Positions 37,210-48,199 are shown, numbered from the stretch's first letter. The stretch is DNA of 64,000 nt from an uncultured virus (IMG/VR IMGVR_UViG_3300031578_009156) (IMGVR_UViG_3300031578_009156); one strand, 5' to 3'. The notes: generated by a model not told the origin, from the sequence alone. Translations and numbers: made by a program.

Positions 37210-38158
37210 CGGGAAATCGGTTCTCATCACGGGTGGCACGGGCACGTTCGGTCACGCGATGACCAAGGCGATCCTGGAGCAGGCAGAACCGAGGCGGCTG
37301 ATCATCTTCAGCCGAGACGGTCTAAAACAGGAGACCATGCGGCGGACCAGGTTCCCACAGTCGTGCATGCGGTGGATGGTTGGCGATGTGCGGGACCTGC
37401 GCCGACTGCATCAGGCATTTGAGGACGTGGACGTAATCTTTCACGCTGCTGCGCTGAAACAGATACTCGCTTGCGAATACAACCCGTTCGAGGCGATAAA
37501 GACGAACATTCTGGGATCCATGAATGTCATCGAGGTCGCCATAGCGCAGAACGTGGGAATGGTGGTCGCCATAAGCTCAGACAAGGCTTGTCAGCCTCTC
37601 AATTTGTATGGTGCAACGAAGATGTGCATGGAGAGGCTGTTTATCAACTCTACTGCCTACGTTGGCAAGCGCGCCACGGTCTTGGGCCTGGTGCGATACG
37701 GGAACGTAGCAGGCTCACGGGGCAGCGTGGCGCACGTGTTCGATTCACAGAAGGGGACAGGGGAGGTTGCTATCACCGACCCTCGGATGACGCGCTTCTG
37801 GTTCACAATCGAGGAAGCGGTCGCATTCACCCTCGCCCGCCTGGAGGACATGACGGGCGGGGAGATATTCGTACCCAAGATTCCCAGCGCGCGGATCGTA
37901 GACGTGGCGGAGGCCATTGCTCCTGGCTGCAAGGTACGCACTGTCGGGGTTCGACCAGGGGAGAAGATGCACGAAACTCTGATTGCACACGGGGAATGTG
38001 CCATTGACTGCGGCTCTTACTACATTATTGCCCCCTCTGGCTCGCTTACCAGCCTCGGCATGGGCACTACCGAGTACCGCAGTGATACCAACTCGGAATG
38101 GGTTACGGTGGAAGAAATCAGGAGGTGGTGGAGTGAGTACAAGGATTCCCTACAGTAG
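37202..38158 (+). CDS. pseB: UDP-GlcNAc 4,6-dehydratase (inverting)
   Basis: ITGGTGTFG, HAAALKQ, SSDKA..NLYGATK, RYGNVAGSRGSV, MTRFW, RPGEKMHE. Confidence 0.9.
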   Translation: MLNGKSVLITGGTGTFGHAMTKAILEQAEPRRLIIFSRDGLKQETMRRTRFPQSCMRWMVGDVRDLRRLHQAFEDVDVIFHAAALKQILACEYNPFEAIKTNILGSMNVIEVAIAQNVGMVVAISSDKACQPLNLYGATKMCMERLFINSTAYVGKRATVLGLVRYGNVAGSRGSVAHVFDSQKGTGEVAITDPRMTRFWFTIEEAVAFTLARLEDMTGGEIFVPKIPSARIVDVAEAIAPGCKVRTVGVRPGEKMHETLIAHGECAIDCGSYYIIAPSGSLTSLGMGTTEYRSDTNSEWVTVEEIRRWWSEYKDSLQ

Positions 38159-39218
38159 GCAGCAAATCACCGAGGATGACGTGCAGGCCGTTGCGTGTGC
38201 TCTCCAGGAAAGCCTGATCACGACCGGCCCTCACGTCAAGGAGTTTGAGCGTGCCTTCGCTGAGAAGGTCCAGGCGGGGTGCGCAGTGGCAGTGAGCAGC
38301 GGCACAGCGGCCCTCCACACGGCGATGGCCGCCATAGGGGTCGGGCCAGGGGATGAGGTCATCGTTCCCGCCATGACGTTCGTAGGAACGGCCAACGCCG
38401 TCCGCTACGTGGGGGCTACGCCCGTCATCGTGGATGTGAACCCCGACACCCTGCTGATTGATCCCGCTTGCGTAGAGCGGGCAATCACCCGCAGGACAAG
38501 GGCTATCGTGGCCGTGGACTACGCGGGGCAGCCGTGTAACTACGCTGGACTGTGGGCACTCGCCCGTTCGCACGACCTCTACCTCGTAGCAGATGCGGCC
38601 CACTCTCTGGGCGCGGTCTATGGTGATGCGCCAGTCGGCTCCCTGGCTGATGTTACGTGCTTCAGTTTCCACCCCGTCAAGCACATCACGACGGGGGAGG
38701 GGGGCATGGTTACTACCGATAAGGCCATACTGGCTAATCTCGCCAGGTCCTTCCGCAGCCACGGTCTGGACGAGAACAGGGAGATGGTCTGGGAGGGCTA
38801 TAACTACCGCATCACCGATTTTCAGTGTTCCCTTGGCAGCAGCCAACTGGCGCGGCTCGATGAGATCATGGAGGCGCGGCGCGGCATTGCACGGGCATAC
38901 GACAAGGCATTTGCTGGTACTGCGGTGCGGCCGCTCGGCCTGGCTCCCAGAGCGCGACACTCCTATCACCTGTACGTGGTGCGCGTGCCAAACCGTGACA
39001 AGGTTATGGCACGATTACGTAGCAAGGGCATTGGCGCGCAGATTCACTACCGCCCCGTCCACATGCATCAGTTCTACAGGTTCCTGATGGGAACGGGCAC
39101 GGGCCTCTGCCCTGTAGCCGAGCAGGCTTACGAGGAGATTCTGTCCATCCCCGTGTACCCTGGTCTGTTCCTGGATGATCAGCTTTTCGTGGTAGATGAA
39201 CTCCTGGAGGCAGTCTGA
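38133..39218 (+). CDS. pseC: DegT-family sugar aminotransferase
   Basis: [36 protein letters not shown]. Confidence 0.88.
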   Translation: MSTRIPYSRQQITEDDVQAVACALQESLITTGPHVKEFERAFAEKVQAGCAVAVSSGTAALHTAMAAIGVGPGDEVIVPAMTFVGTANAVRYVGATPVIVDVNPDTLLIDPACVERAITRRTRAIVAVDYAGQPCNYAGLWALARSHDLYLVADAAHSLGAVYGDAPVGSLADVTCFSFHPVKHITTGEGGMVTTDKAILANLARSFRSHGLDENREMVWEGYNYRITDFQCSLGSSQLARLDEIMEARRGIARAYDKAFAGTAVRPLGLAPRARHSYHLYVVRVPNRDKVMARLRSKGIGAQIHYRPVHMHQFYRFLMGTGTGLCPVAEQAYEEILSIPVYPGLFLDDQLFVVDELLEAV

Positions 39219-39961
39219 TGAACGTGGTGGCAATCGTTGCGGTTCGGCTGAACAGTTCGCGGCTCCCTGGCAAGGCCTTGATGGACATTGCGGGCGAGCC
39301 GATGCTGGCGCGGGTGGTCCACAGGCTGGAGCGGGCGCGGACCCTGGACAGGGTGGTGGTAGCTACGGTGGGCTGTGACGAAAACCTGCCCATCGTGGAC
39401 CTGTGCCGTGAAGAGGGGTGGGACACCTATGTCGGTACGCCCGACACATACGAGGACGTTCTGCTGAGGTGCTACCGCGCGGCCGTGGCGCGCAAAGCGG
39501 GCGCATTCGTGCGGGTCACCGTTGACTGCCCCCTGATCGAGCCGACGGTGGTGGACCTGGTGGTGTCTGCTTTCTTAGCGGAGCGGCCAGACCTTGCCAG
39601 CAATACCATACACCGCACCTGGCCGCGCGGGCTGGACGTATCTGTCATTGCGATTGAGGCTCTGGCGGTAGCAAACCGTCTGGGCAAAGGACCGCATCAC
39701 AGGCACCACGTTACCGCCTATCTCTACGAGTACCCTGACAAGTTCAATCTTCTGGCGGTGACGCGGACGGGCATGGACGCAAGTGGGCACCGCTGGACGG
39801 TGGATGAGCAGGCCGACCTGGTGTTTGTGCGGGAGGTTTACAAGAGGCTGGGCGGGCGCAACGACTTCAGTTGGCTCGATGTGTTGGGCCTGATAGAGGA
39901 TAACCCCGAGTTGCAGCGGGTTAACGCGCACGTGATTCAAAAAGGAGCGAAGGACCTATGA
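39218..39961 (+). CDS. Cytidylyltransferase (SpsF/PseF-like)
   Basis: [29 protein letters not shown]. Confidence 0.85.
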   Translation: MNVVAIVAVRLNSSRLPGKALMDIAGEPMLARVVHRLERARTLDRVVVATVGCDENLPIVDLCREEGWDTYVGTPDTYEDVLLRCYRAAVARKAGAFVRVTVDCPLIEPTVVDLVVSAFLAERPDLASNTIHRTWPRGLDVSVIAIEALAVANRLGKGPHHRHHVTAYLYEYPDKFNLLAVTRTGMDASGHRWTVDEQADLVFVREVYKRLGGRNDFSWLDVLGLIEDNPELQRVNAHVIQKGAKDL

Positions 39962-40944
39962 GACCAGTTGTGATTCGCGCAGACGGGGCGAACGGAATTG
40001 GGTTGGGGCACACCCGCCGTTGTGTGGAGATCGGGCGAACGCTCAAGGAGCGCGGCGCGGACGTGCTGTTTGTGTCGGCGGCCAACCCCGTGGTAAATCC
40101 GATACTGGCAGAATTCGGGCGCCCGATGTCAGAGGTGAGGAGCGAAGGGGCCGCACTGGAATATCTTGCTGGCTCGTTCCCTGACTCCATAGTCCTACTG
40201 GACACTCCTTACCCATACTCAGTAGCAGAGATCGAGCGGCTGAAGGGTGCTGGTTGCTCGGTCTTCATGATGCAAAACGAGTGTCCTGGAATGCTTGCCA
40301 GCGATTACGCAATCTTCCCAGATGACCACCACACCGCACCGAGCACCGGATGGGGTGATACGTTCCCGTTGATGGGGCTCGACTACGTGATCATCCCACG
40401 GATCGCTGTGTGGACGGCATGGACGGCACTTCACAGTGAAGCACAGGACCGCGTCGCCGTAGTGGCCGGCGCTAGCGACCCCTGGCACATCTTGCCACAG
40501 ATGGCAAGGTTGTTCTACAAATTGGATGACTATGAGGTTGTGTTTCTGGAGGGACAGGACACCGACTATCACGAAGAGATGGTGGGCCTGTGCAAACCTG
40601 AGCGCATGGCCTCGGTGCCGTTCAATTATGTTGACCTGTTCTCTGCCAGAATGGTGGTCACCGTGTTCGGGTGCACGGCATACGAACTGATTTATGCGGT
40701 GCGGCCTTTCCTAGCACTGGGGCCAAACGAGAGGTACGCGCGTTATGCCAGGACCCTCTCCCAGCGAACCCACGCCCTGAATGTTCTCGGCTGGCCATGC
40801 ACCACGGATGACCTGGAAACAGCACTGTTAAGCCTCACGGCTTTTTACTGGGATATGACGGCAGCCCAACGAGGGCTGATTGACGGCGCAGGCGCTGAGC
40901 GCATTGCGGACCACATTCTACAGGAGGCTAGACGTGATAGTTGA
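39958..40944 (+). CDS. pseG: PseG/SpsG-like UDP-sugar hydrolase
   Basis: [30 protein letters not shown]. Confidence 0.75.
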   Translation: MRPVVIRADGANGIGLGHTRRCVEIGRTLKERGADVLFVSAANPVVNPILAEFGRPMSEVRSEGAALEYLAGSFPDSIVLLDTPYPYSVAEIERLKGAGCSVFMMQNECPGMLASDYAIFPDDHHTAPSTGWGDTFPLMGLDYVIIPRIAVWTAWTALHSEAQDRVAVVAGASDPWHILPQMARLFYKLDDYEVVFLEGQDTDYHEEMVGLCKPERMASVPFNYVDLFSARMVVTVFGCTAYELIYAVRPFLALGPNERYARYARTLSQRTHALNVLGWPCTTDDLETALLSLTAFYWDMTAAQRGLIDGAGAERIADHILQEARRDS

Positions 40945-41413
40945 CGGGTACGAGCAGTACGGCAGGTACTACGAGGACTTTAACATTGGTGATGTATTCT
41001 GTCATTGGCCCGGGCACACGGTCACCGAGGGGGAGCACTCCCTTTTCTGTGCTTTGACAAGAAACGACCACCCCGTGCACAGCGATCAGGTGTACGCCGC
41101 CAGCGCCCGCCACGGGCGCATTCTGGTAGTGGGCACTTTCGTGTTCTCCCTGGTCGTGGGCATGACCGTGGGGGACATCAGCGGGAAGGCGATTGCTAAC
41201 CTGGGGTACGAGAAAGTTACCCACGAAGCTCCTGTTTTCGTGGGTGATACTCTCTACGCTGAGACGGTCGTGGTGGACAAGCGACAGACCAGCAAGGCTG
41301 GCATTGTGACCGTGGAGACACGGGCAACGAAAACGAAGCGGATAGGTGAGCACCCCAGTGTTCTGGTTCTGACGCTGCGCCGCAAAATCTTAGTTCCGAG
41401 GAGGGAGCAATGA
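40934..41413 (+). CDS. MaoC-family dehydratase
   Basis: GRYYEDF, NDHPVHSD, PVFVGDTLYAE. Confidence 0.88.
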   Translation: MIVDGYEQYGRYYEDFNIGDVFCHWPGHTVTEGEHSLFCALTRNDHPVHSDQVYAASARHGRILVVGTFVFSLVVGMTVGDISGKAIANLGYEKVTHEAPVFVGDTLYAETVVVDKRQTSKAGIVTVETRATKTKRIGEHPSVLVLTLRRKILVPRREQ

Positions 41414-42294
41414 CACGGAGAGTTCCATACCCGATGAGAAGTCTACTGTTCGTGCCAGGCCACAACGAGCGGTATTTGCGCTCTGCAGCGGACTCTGGCG
41501 CGGACGTCCTCTTGCCCGACCTGGAGGACTCAGTTCCCCTGGCATGCAAGGCGCAGGCACGTGACACGGTGGCCCAGTGGATGCAGTCTTGCTGTGCTGG
41601 TCTGCATGTGTTCCCACGGGTGAATGGCGGTCCCGACGTGCTCCCAGATGTGCTGGCCCTGGCAAAATGTGGTGTGGACGGGTTCATGCTCCCTAAAGCC
41701 TACAGGGGCGAGAACGTCTTGCTGTTCGACAAGTTGCTCAAGATCGCGGAGGTGGAAAACGGGCTGGCTCCTGGCTCCCTCCAGATTATTCCCTTGATCG
41801 AGACCTGCTCGGCAGTCTTGCACGTGCAAGAGATTTGCGAGGCGTCTCCCCGCGTAATCGCCGTGGCTTTCGGGTGCGAGGACTTCGTGGCCGACCTCCA
41901 CGGGACGCACGACCTGGAGGGCAAGGTCTTGGAGGTCCCCCGTGCGCTCATTGCACTGGGTGCCCGGGCGGCCGGCGTGATCCCGATAGACACGGTGCAC
42001 GTCGAGGTCAACGACCTGGCCGACCTGGAGCGCAACGCCCGCTACGCCCGTGGCCTGGGCTTCGAGGGCATGTTGGCCCTGCACCCCAAAGAACTCCCTA
42101 CCATTCACGAGTGTTTCACGCCAGACGCCTGGGAGGTCGAGCGGGCGCGGGGAATGCTGGCCCTCGCTGCCGAAGCTGAGCGGGCGGGCAAGGGAGTGGC
42201 GATAATGGAGGGGCGGTTCATCGGGCCGCCGATGGTGCGGGCGGCAAGGCACACGCTCGAACTGGCAGAAGTCATAGAGAGGAGAGGCAAGTGA
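41410..42294 (+). CDS. CitE/HpcH acyl-CoA lyase family
   Basis: RSLLFVPG, DLEDSV, PLIET, FGCEDF. Confidence 0.88.
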   Translation: MTRRVPYPMRSLLFVPGHNERYLRSAADSGADVLLPDLEDSVPLACKAQARDTVAQWMQSCCAGLHVFPRVNGGPDVLPDVLALAKCGVDGFMLPKAYRGENVLLFDKLLKIAEVENGLAPGSLQIIPLIETCSAVLHVQEICEASPRVIAVAFGCEDFVADLHGTHDLEGKVLEVPRALIALGARAAGVIPIDTVHVEVNDLADLERNARYARGLGFEGMLALHPKELPTIHECFTPDAWEVERARGMLALAAEAERAGKGVAIMEGRFIGPPMVRAARHTLELAEVIERRGK

Positions 42295-42959
42295 AGAAAC
42301 TGGTGATCGTGGGAGGCATCGGCAACGGTGCTGTGGCGCTGTCCACGGTGGTGGACATCAATAATTCGGAGGACGGGTACAATACCTGGGAGGTGCTCGG
42401 CTTCCTGAATGATAGTGCGGACAGGGCCGAAGTGCATGGCTTCCCTTGGCTGGGACCGATAGAGAGCAGTTCTGTGCAAAGGCTGCGTGATCGCAAGGAC
42501 GTGTATTTCTTGTGGACCCTGTTTTCCACGCGGTTGCGCCAGGATATGGTGGTCAGGCTCCAGGGCCTGGGCATTGAGCGGGAGAAGTGGGCGACTCTCA
42601 TTCACCCTGCTGCCGTCGTGTCGCGCTTCGCGGAGATTGGGCGGGGCGTAATCATGCATGCGCAGTCGTCCGTTGGGCCGGCAGTCTCACTGGGCGACCA
42701 CGTGCAGATGTACAACCAGACCTACGTGGGCCACAACACCCGCGTGGGTAACTACTCTTTTTTGGCGAATGGTGCCCACATCAGCAGTTTCGTGACCTTG
42801 GAGGAGGGGGCATACCTGGGCATGTCGTGCGCCGTCCGTGAGTTCGTCAGGGTCGGCCAGTGGGCCACTGTTGGCATGGGGGCGGTCGTGCTGGAGAACG
42901 TCGAGCCACACACTACCGTGGTGGGGGTTCCAGCCAGGGCAATAGAGAGGAGAAGTTAG
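42291..42959 (+). CDS. NeuD/PglD-family acyltransferase
   Basis: GFLND, TLIHP, hexapeptide repeats, VVGVPAR. Confidence 0.85.
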   Translation: MKKLVIVGGIGNGAVALSTVVDINNSEDGYNTWEVLGFLNDSADRAEVHGFPWLGPIESSSVQRLRDRKDVYFLWTLFSTRLRQDMVVRLQGLGIEREKWATLIHPAAVVSRFAEIGRGVIMHAQSSVGPAVSLGDHVQMYNQTYVGHNTRVGNYSFLANGAHISSFVTLEEGAYLGMSCAVREFVRVGQWATVGMGAVVLENVEPHTTVVGVPARAIERRS

Positions 42960-43787
42960 ATGGCCGTTACGATCATCGCTGAAGTTGGATCGAACTGGGG
43001 CGGGAGCCTGGATCGTGCGCTCGATTACGTGGAGGCCGCGGCCATGGTTGGCGCGGACGCGGTTAAGTTCCAGACCATCCGCATAAACCTGTTGTATGCC
43101 CGAGGCTACGAGCCGCACTTTCAGATCCCAGAATTGCCCGATGACTGGCACTTCGAGTTGAAAGCCAGGGCGGACAAGCTCGGGATCGAGTTCGTGTCTA
43201 CCCCGTTCTACTTGGACGCTGTGGACCTCTTAGAGCGCGTGGGGGTTAAGCGGTACAAGATCGCTTCGGGCGACATCACCTTTCGCCCACTTCTGCAGAA
43301 GGTGGCAGAGACTGGAAAGCCACTCCTGTTGTCAACGGGTGCCTGTGACATGAACGACATACGAAAGGTAGTCAGCTTCCTCAAGGATTGCTATAGTTGG
43401 AACAAGGTGACCTTGCTCCATTGCGTGACCCGCTACCCCGCATCTGTGGACGAAATGGCCCTGTGGAGCATGCAGTATCTGCGCGACTGTTTTGGGTGCC
43501 CGGTCGGCCTCTCGGACCACTCCCTGAGCGCGGCGGTATCTATTGCAGCGGTTGGCATGGGGGCCTCGGTGATCGAGAAGCACATCACATTCGACCGTCG
43601 TACACCTGGCCCCGACCACCCGTTTGCTACGACCGTGGACGAGTTCGCGGACCTGGTTCGTGACATTCGTTCAGTGGAGGCGGCGTTGGGGGTTTATGAC
43701 AAAGCCCCCTCCCCCTCCGAGCAGGGAACTGCAGGAAGAATCAGGCGCAACCCTAACGACTGGCTACGTCCGGAGGTGCGAGAATGA
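42960..43787 (+). CDS. NeuB/PseI nonulosonic acid synthase (no C-terminal SAF domain)
   Basis: IIAEVGSN, ADAVKFQ, KIASGD, LSTG, LHCV..YP, GLSDHS, IEKH. Confidence 0.92.
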   Translation: MAVTIIAEVGSNWGGSLDRALDYVEAAAMVGADAVKFQTIRINLLYARGYEPHFQIPELPDDWHFELKARADKLGIEFVSTPFYLDAVDLLERVGVKRYKIASGDITFRPLLQKVAETGKPLLLSTGACDMNDIRKVVSFLKDCYSWNKVTLLHCVTRYPASVDEMALWSMQYLRDCFGCPVGLSDHSLSAAVSIAAVGMGASVIEKHITFDRRTPGPDHPFATTVDEFADLVRDIRSVEAALGVYDKAPSPSEQGTAGRIRRNPNDWLRPEVRE

Positions 43788-44419
43788 CACGACCACTAGA
43801 GCAATGGAAAGGCACGTTTGGCGATGAGTACACGGCGCGAAACTCCGCCGAGGTGTGGTTGACGGGGGAGAAACGAGCCTCCGCTGTAGCAGTGTGGGAG
43901 CGGATGCTCAGAGAGGTATGGCCTGGACTCAGCAGCATCATGGAGATTGGGGCAAACATCGGCCTAAATCTTGGGATATTGCGCGAACTGCTCCCCTATA
44001 CTCCCCTCTATGCGATTGAGCCAAATTACGTGGCCTGGATGACCCTGGTTGACCGCTATGCGGGATTGACTGCTTGGAATGAGGCAGTCGAAGAGTGGGA
44101 GCCGAAAGAAGGCACCTTTGACCTGGTGTTCACGTCTGGCGTGCTGATCCACATTCCGCCAGAAAACCTCCTGGCGGCCACAGACAAGATCGTCCGCGCG
44201 GCTGGCAGGTACGTGCTGTGCAAAGAGTACTTCGATGTGAAGCCGACCATGATCCCGTACCACGGCCAGGACAACCTGTTGTTCAAGCGCGATTTCGGTT
44301 CCTGGTACCTGGATCACTATCCCGAATTGCACTGCATAGATTACGGCTTCTGGTGGTCGCGCCTGGAGCCGTACTGTGACAATTCCACCTGGTGGTTGTT
44401 CGAGAAAGGAGCAAGATGA
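43784..44419 (+). CDS. Pseudaminic-acid-associated methyltransferase
   Basis: WKGTFGDEYTARN, EIGANIGLNL, GVLIHI, LFKRDF. Confidence 0.85.
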   Translation: MTRPLEQWKGTFGDEYTARNSAEVWLTGEKRASAVAVWERMLREVWPGLSSIMEIGANIGLNLGILRELLPYTPLYAIEPNYVAWMTLVDRYAGLTAWNEAVEEWEPKEGTFDLVFTSGVLIHIPPENLLAATDKIVRAAGRYVLCKEYFDVKPTMIPYHGQDNLLFKRDFGSWYLDHYPELHCIDYGFWWSRLEPYCDNSTWWLFEKGAR

Positions 44420-45531
44420 GGTACTGCAAGAAGTGTGTTCAACCCGATACACGTCCTGGCATTGTGTTCGATGACGAGGGCGTATGCATGGCGTGCCGCG
44501 TGGGCCACCAGGAAGTGGACTGGGATGCGCGCGAGGCGGAATTGCGGGACATTGCGAGCTGGGCCAGGGAACAGGGCGCGACGTGGGATTGCGCCATTGG
44601 CGTGTCGGGCGGTAAAGACAGCACCTTCCAGGCTCTGTACGCGCGCAACCGCTTGGGCCTGCGGGCATTGCTCGTCAATTGCACGCCAGACCCCATCACC
44701 GACGTCGGTGTGGCTAACAGGGAGAATCTCTACCACCTGGGGTTCGACATGATCCAGATCAGACCAAACCCCCTCGTCACGCGGGCCTTGGTCACCCGCG
44801 CATTTGAGGATTACGGCAACCTTGTCAAACCTACTGAGTACCCTCTTTATGCGGTGACATGGCAAGAGGCTCTTATGCGGCATGTTCCTTTGGTGATACA
44901 GGGGGAGAACCCCGCCGAGACCCTGGGTATTGGAGGCGGCCTGTCAACGGGTGGTGATGCTTCAGACATCCGCCACCACAGCACGATTGCGGGAGGTGCC
45001 AAAGCATGGGTGGGTGATGGCGTGACGATGAAGGACATGGCATTCTACGAGATCCCACCCGTGGAGGAGATTGAGCGCGCGGGAATCAGGTCCGTGTGGC
45101 TGGGCCACTACGCCAGAGAGTGGAGCAGAACGCACAACACCGAGTTCGCCGTCTCCCACGGCCTGCGCGGTCGCCCCATGCACAACCCTGCCCACGCGGG
45201 ACGGCTCAGCGAGCACGGCAGCGTTGACAGCGACTTTCAGATCGTAAACCAGATGCTCAAATACTACAAGTTTGGGTTCGGGTTTGTCACCGATGAGGTG
45301 TGTTACTCAATCCGCGAAGGGGCAATGACCCGTGAAGAGGCCATTGAGCTGGTACAGAAGTACGACGGGCGCTGTGACGCGGTGTACATCGAGCAGTTCT
45401 GTGATTACATCGGCTACACCGCCAGCCGATTTTGGAAAGTGGTAGACAGGTGGGTTAGTGAGAGCCTGTTCGAAAAGCAGGGCTACCGCTGGGTGCCCAA
45501 GTTTACCGTAGGGGAGGACTTTAATGAATGA
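44416..45531 (+). CDS. N-acetyl sugar amidotransferase (WbuX/PseA-like)
   Basis: CKKCVQPDTRP, GVSGGKDS, YYKFGFG, MTREEA. Confidence 0.88.
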   Translation: MRYCKKCVQPDTRPGIVFDDEGVCMACRVGHQEVDWDAREAELRDIASWAREQGATWDCAIGVSGGKDSTFQALYARNRLGLRALLVNCTPDPITDVGVANRENLYHLGFDMIQIRPNPLVTRALVTRAFEDYGNLVKPTEYPLYAVTWQEALMRHVPLVIQGENPAETLGIGGGLSTGGDASDIRHHSTIAGGAKAWVGDGVTMKDMAFYEIPPVEEIERAGIRSVWLGHYAREWSRTHNTEFAVSHGLRGRPMHNPAHAGRLSEHGSVDSDFQIVNQMLKYYKFGFGFVTDEVCYSIREGAMTREEAIELVQKYDGRCDAVYIEQFCDYIGYTASRFWKVVDRWVSESLFEKQGYRWVPKFTVGEDFNE

Positions 45532-46516
45532 GGATAGCATTCGACCTGATAGCCTGCGGCCCGACCTGGCTGCAGCAGCCCAGCGAGATAGGGAGTGGCT
45601 GTTGGCCCGTGAGGCTGAGTTCGTCTACGTGGACTGCCCCGTGTGCGATACGTCTAGCAACACGAACCCCTGGCTCATCACTGATGAATTCCAATATCGC
45701 AGGTGCTCGGACTGCGGAACGCTCTTTATCAGCCCTCGGCCAACCCAAGAACTTCTGAATGCCTACTATGCGCGGTCGGAGATTGCTCAATGCTGGTGCG
45801 AGGAAATCTACCCCGCAGCGGAAGATACCAGGGCCGCCGAGATACACCGACCGCGCGTTTATCGCATAATCAGTCTGGCGCGCTCCCTGGGGGTGCCATG
45901 TGACATCCTCGTGGACATCGGCGCGGGGTACGGAACGTTCTGCGCCGAGGCTGCAAGGCAAGGATTCCGCTGTATCGCCGTGGAACCTTCACCATCTCTG
46001 GCTGGTGCGTGTGCCAGTAGAGGGGTGGACACACGGGCCTGCTCCTTGGACAAAGCAGACCTCCCGCAGGATTCCGCCTCAGTGGTCACAGCATTTGAGG
46101 TGATCGAGCACGTGGCTGACCCCAGGTGGTTTCTAAGGACCTGTTACAGGACGCTTGCCCCTGGCGGCCTGCTCGCCCTCACTTGCCCCAACGTTGACGG
46201 GTTCGACGTGCAGGTGCTGGGTGCGGCCTCCAGTACCATAGGCCACGAACACTTGACCTACTTTACCCCTGAGTCACTACCCACCCTGCTTGAGGCTGTT
46301 GGGTTTGAGATCGTAGAGGTGGCGACACCTGGCAAACTCGACCTGGAACTCGTCCACAAGGCGGTGGTGGCTGGCGCGATAGTGACTCCATGGATCAGGT
46401 ACCTGGTCGTGGACAGGTGGGACAAGATTGACCGAGAGGCGGTTCAACAATGCCTGGCGGACAACCTTCTATCATCCCATCTGTGGGTGGTGGCGAGGAA
46501 GCCGAAGGGGGACTGA
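45524..46516 (+). CDS. Zn-ribbon + SAM methyltransferase
   Basis: CPVC..CSDC..SPRP; DIGAGYG; FEVIEH. Confidence 0.85.
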   Translation: MNEDSIRPDSLRPDLAAAAQRDREWLLAREAEFVYVDCPVCDTSSNTNPWLITDEFQYRRCSDCGTLFISPRPTQELLNAYYARSEIAQCWCEEIYPAAEDTRAAEIHRPRVYRIISLARSLGVPCDILVDIGAGYGTFCAEAARQGFRCIAVEPSPSLAGACASRGVDTRACSLDKADLPQDSASVVTAFEVIEHVADPRWFLRTCYRTLAPGGLLALTCPNVDGFDVQVLGAASSTIGHEHLTYFTPESLPTLLEAVGFEIVEVATPGKLDLELVHKAVVAGAIVTPWIRYLVVDRWDKIDREAVQQCLADNLLSSHLWVVARKPKGD

Positions 46517-47328
46517 TGGACTCTAACTACTGGACTAACTGCTGGAGCGATGTTACTTTCGTTGAAGAGTACGCACGCAAGCAGGATGGTGGCTACCACA
46601 GACACCGACTCTCCGTAATTAGCCATCTCATCCCAAGGGATCTTTTGATGCGTGGCAAGAGAGTTTTTGACTTCGGGTGTGGAGATGCGGTCATGTTTCC
46701 CACATTCCTGGAGGCTGGTGCTTACATTGAGGGCACCGACTTCTCTCCCGAAATGATCGAGCAGGCTCGCGTTCGTCTGGCGGGAAAGTGCGATGACTCG
46801 GCCTCTATTGCACGAGTGGGGACCGTGTACGATCTGCGGCAGATTACAGACAAGTCGTTCGATGCTGTGCTGTGTCTGAATGTGCTGGCCTACCTCACAG
46901 ATGATGAGGAGGCCACTTTTTACAGAGAGGCGCGGCGCGTACTGAAACGTGGCGGCTATCTCATCGTGACACACTCAAACGAGTTGTTCGACATGTTTAC
47001 TCTCAACTGGCACACCGTAAAGTTCATTGAGAAGTATCTGAGCAACATTGCCGTAGGAGAGATGCTGGCACATGCTGGCTCTCCAACGGCACCACTCTAT
47101 AACATCCGCGAGAATCCCCTGTCGTATCCCTGGAAGTTGAGCCGGTGGGGATTCGACACCCTCCAGACGGAGTACATCAATTGGCACTGTGCACCGCCGT
47201 ACCTCTTGGGAGAGGACAAGGAGTTTTCCGATACCCTGGCTGTTCCCACAGACGAAAGGTGGAAGCTGATGTTTACGTGTAGCCAGTTCGGCGTGCTGGC
47301 GAGGAAGTCGCCAGAGGAGAAACGATGA
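46516..47328 (+). CDS. SAM-dependent methyltransferase
   Basis: FDFGCGD, DFSPEMI, RVLKRGG. Confidence 0.85.
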   Translation: MDSNYWTNCWSDVTFVEEYARKQDGGYHRHRLSVISHLIPRDLLMRGKRVFDFGCGDAVMFPTFLEAGAYIEGTDFSPEMIEQARVRLAGKCDDSASIARVGTVYDLRQITDKSFDAVLCLNVLAYLTDDEEATFYREARRVLKRGGYLIVTHSNELFDMFTLNWHTVKFIEKYLSNIAVGEMLAHAGSPTAPLYNIRENPLSYPWKLSRWGFDTLQTEYINWHCAPPYLLGEDKEFSDTLAVPTDERWKLMFTCSQFGVLARKSPEEKR

Positions 47329-47504
47329 ACCTGGGGGAAGTTCTGCAAAGCATTGGCGTGGTGGCCGGTTTCCTTGGCCTGATTTGTGTTTGCTCAGATC
47401 CAAAAGGACCAGTCCCCATCTGGGCGCTGGTGGGGCTGTTGCTGGTGGCGCTGGCGTTCATCCTGCGTAGTGATCAGCCTTCCCCCTGGAGGTGGCGGCG
47501 ATGA
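47325..47504 (+). CDS. 59-aa two-TM membrane protein (not in ORF track)
   Basis: MNLGEVLQSIGVVAGFLGLI..WALVGLLLVALAFILR; ATGA-coupled on both sides. Confidence 0.6.
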   Translation: MNLGEVLQSIGVVAGFLGLICVCSDPKGPVPIWALVGLLLVALAFILRSDQPSPWRWRR

Positions 47505-48199
47505 CAGCTAAAGCGTGCGTGGCGTTTCTCAATTACAAGCGGCACGACCTGGCACGGGCGGCAGCGCGCCAGGTCTGCGGGCAGGTCTACGAGGACCCCT
47601 TCCCCGTCTACGTTTTCGATAACGGCGGGGGGCTGGCCCTGCCCGAGTACCCGCGCGCGAACGTGGTGGCGCGGGAGGATAACCTGCTCTTTACCCGTGG
47701 CTGGAACTGGGCCATGGAGCACCTGACCCACTTCGAGTACGTCTGGATGTGCAATGATGATATATGGGGAGTTGGGCAAGAAATGCTCGGCGTACTGGTG
47801 GCGGCCCTGGCAACCTTCCCAGAGGCGGCAGTGGTTACGCCCGCGTTCAACTCCCCTCACGCGACCTTTCACCGCCAGTACGAGAAACACGGGTTACGAG
47901 AGGTCGGGTGGATGGACTGGACGTGTCCCGTGATGCGCATGGCGGTCTGGCAGAGCATCGGCCCGTTCGACCCTCGATTCATGGGCTACGGGGCGGACCT
48001 GGACTGGTGCAAGCGGGCGAGGGACGCGGGCTGGAAGTTCTATGTTCACGACGGCCTCCAGGTCCACCACCTCGGCAGCCAGACGGCATTGTCCCAGGGG
48101 CTGCAGGGGAAGCAAGGGAACGTGGCGGAGATGAACCGCTTGCTGTGCGGGAAGTGGGGAGTTGGGAATTGGACAGAGTTGGCAGGGGGTGTGCGATGA
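47501..48199 (+). CDS. GT2-family glycosyltransferase
   Basis: VFDNG, NLLFTRGWN, MCNDD, GPFDPRF..GADLDWC, HHLGS. Confidence 0.85.
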   Translation: MTAKACVAFLNYKRHDLARAAARQVCGQVYEDPFPVYVFDNGGGLALPEYPRANVVAREDNLLFTRGWNWAMEHLTHFEYVWMCNDDIWGVGQEMLGVLVAALATFPEAAVVTPAFNSPHATFHRQYEKHGLREVGWMDWTCPVMRMAVWQSIGPFDPRFMGYGADLDWCKRARDAGWKFYVHDGLQVHHLGSQTALSQGLQGKQGNVAEMNRLLCGKWGVGNWTELAGGVR

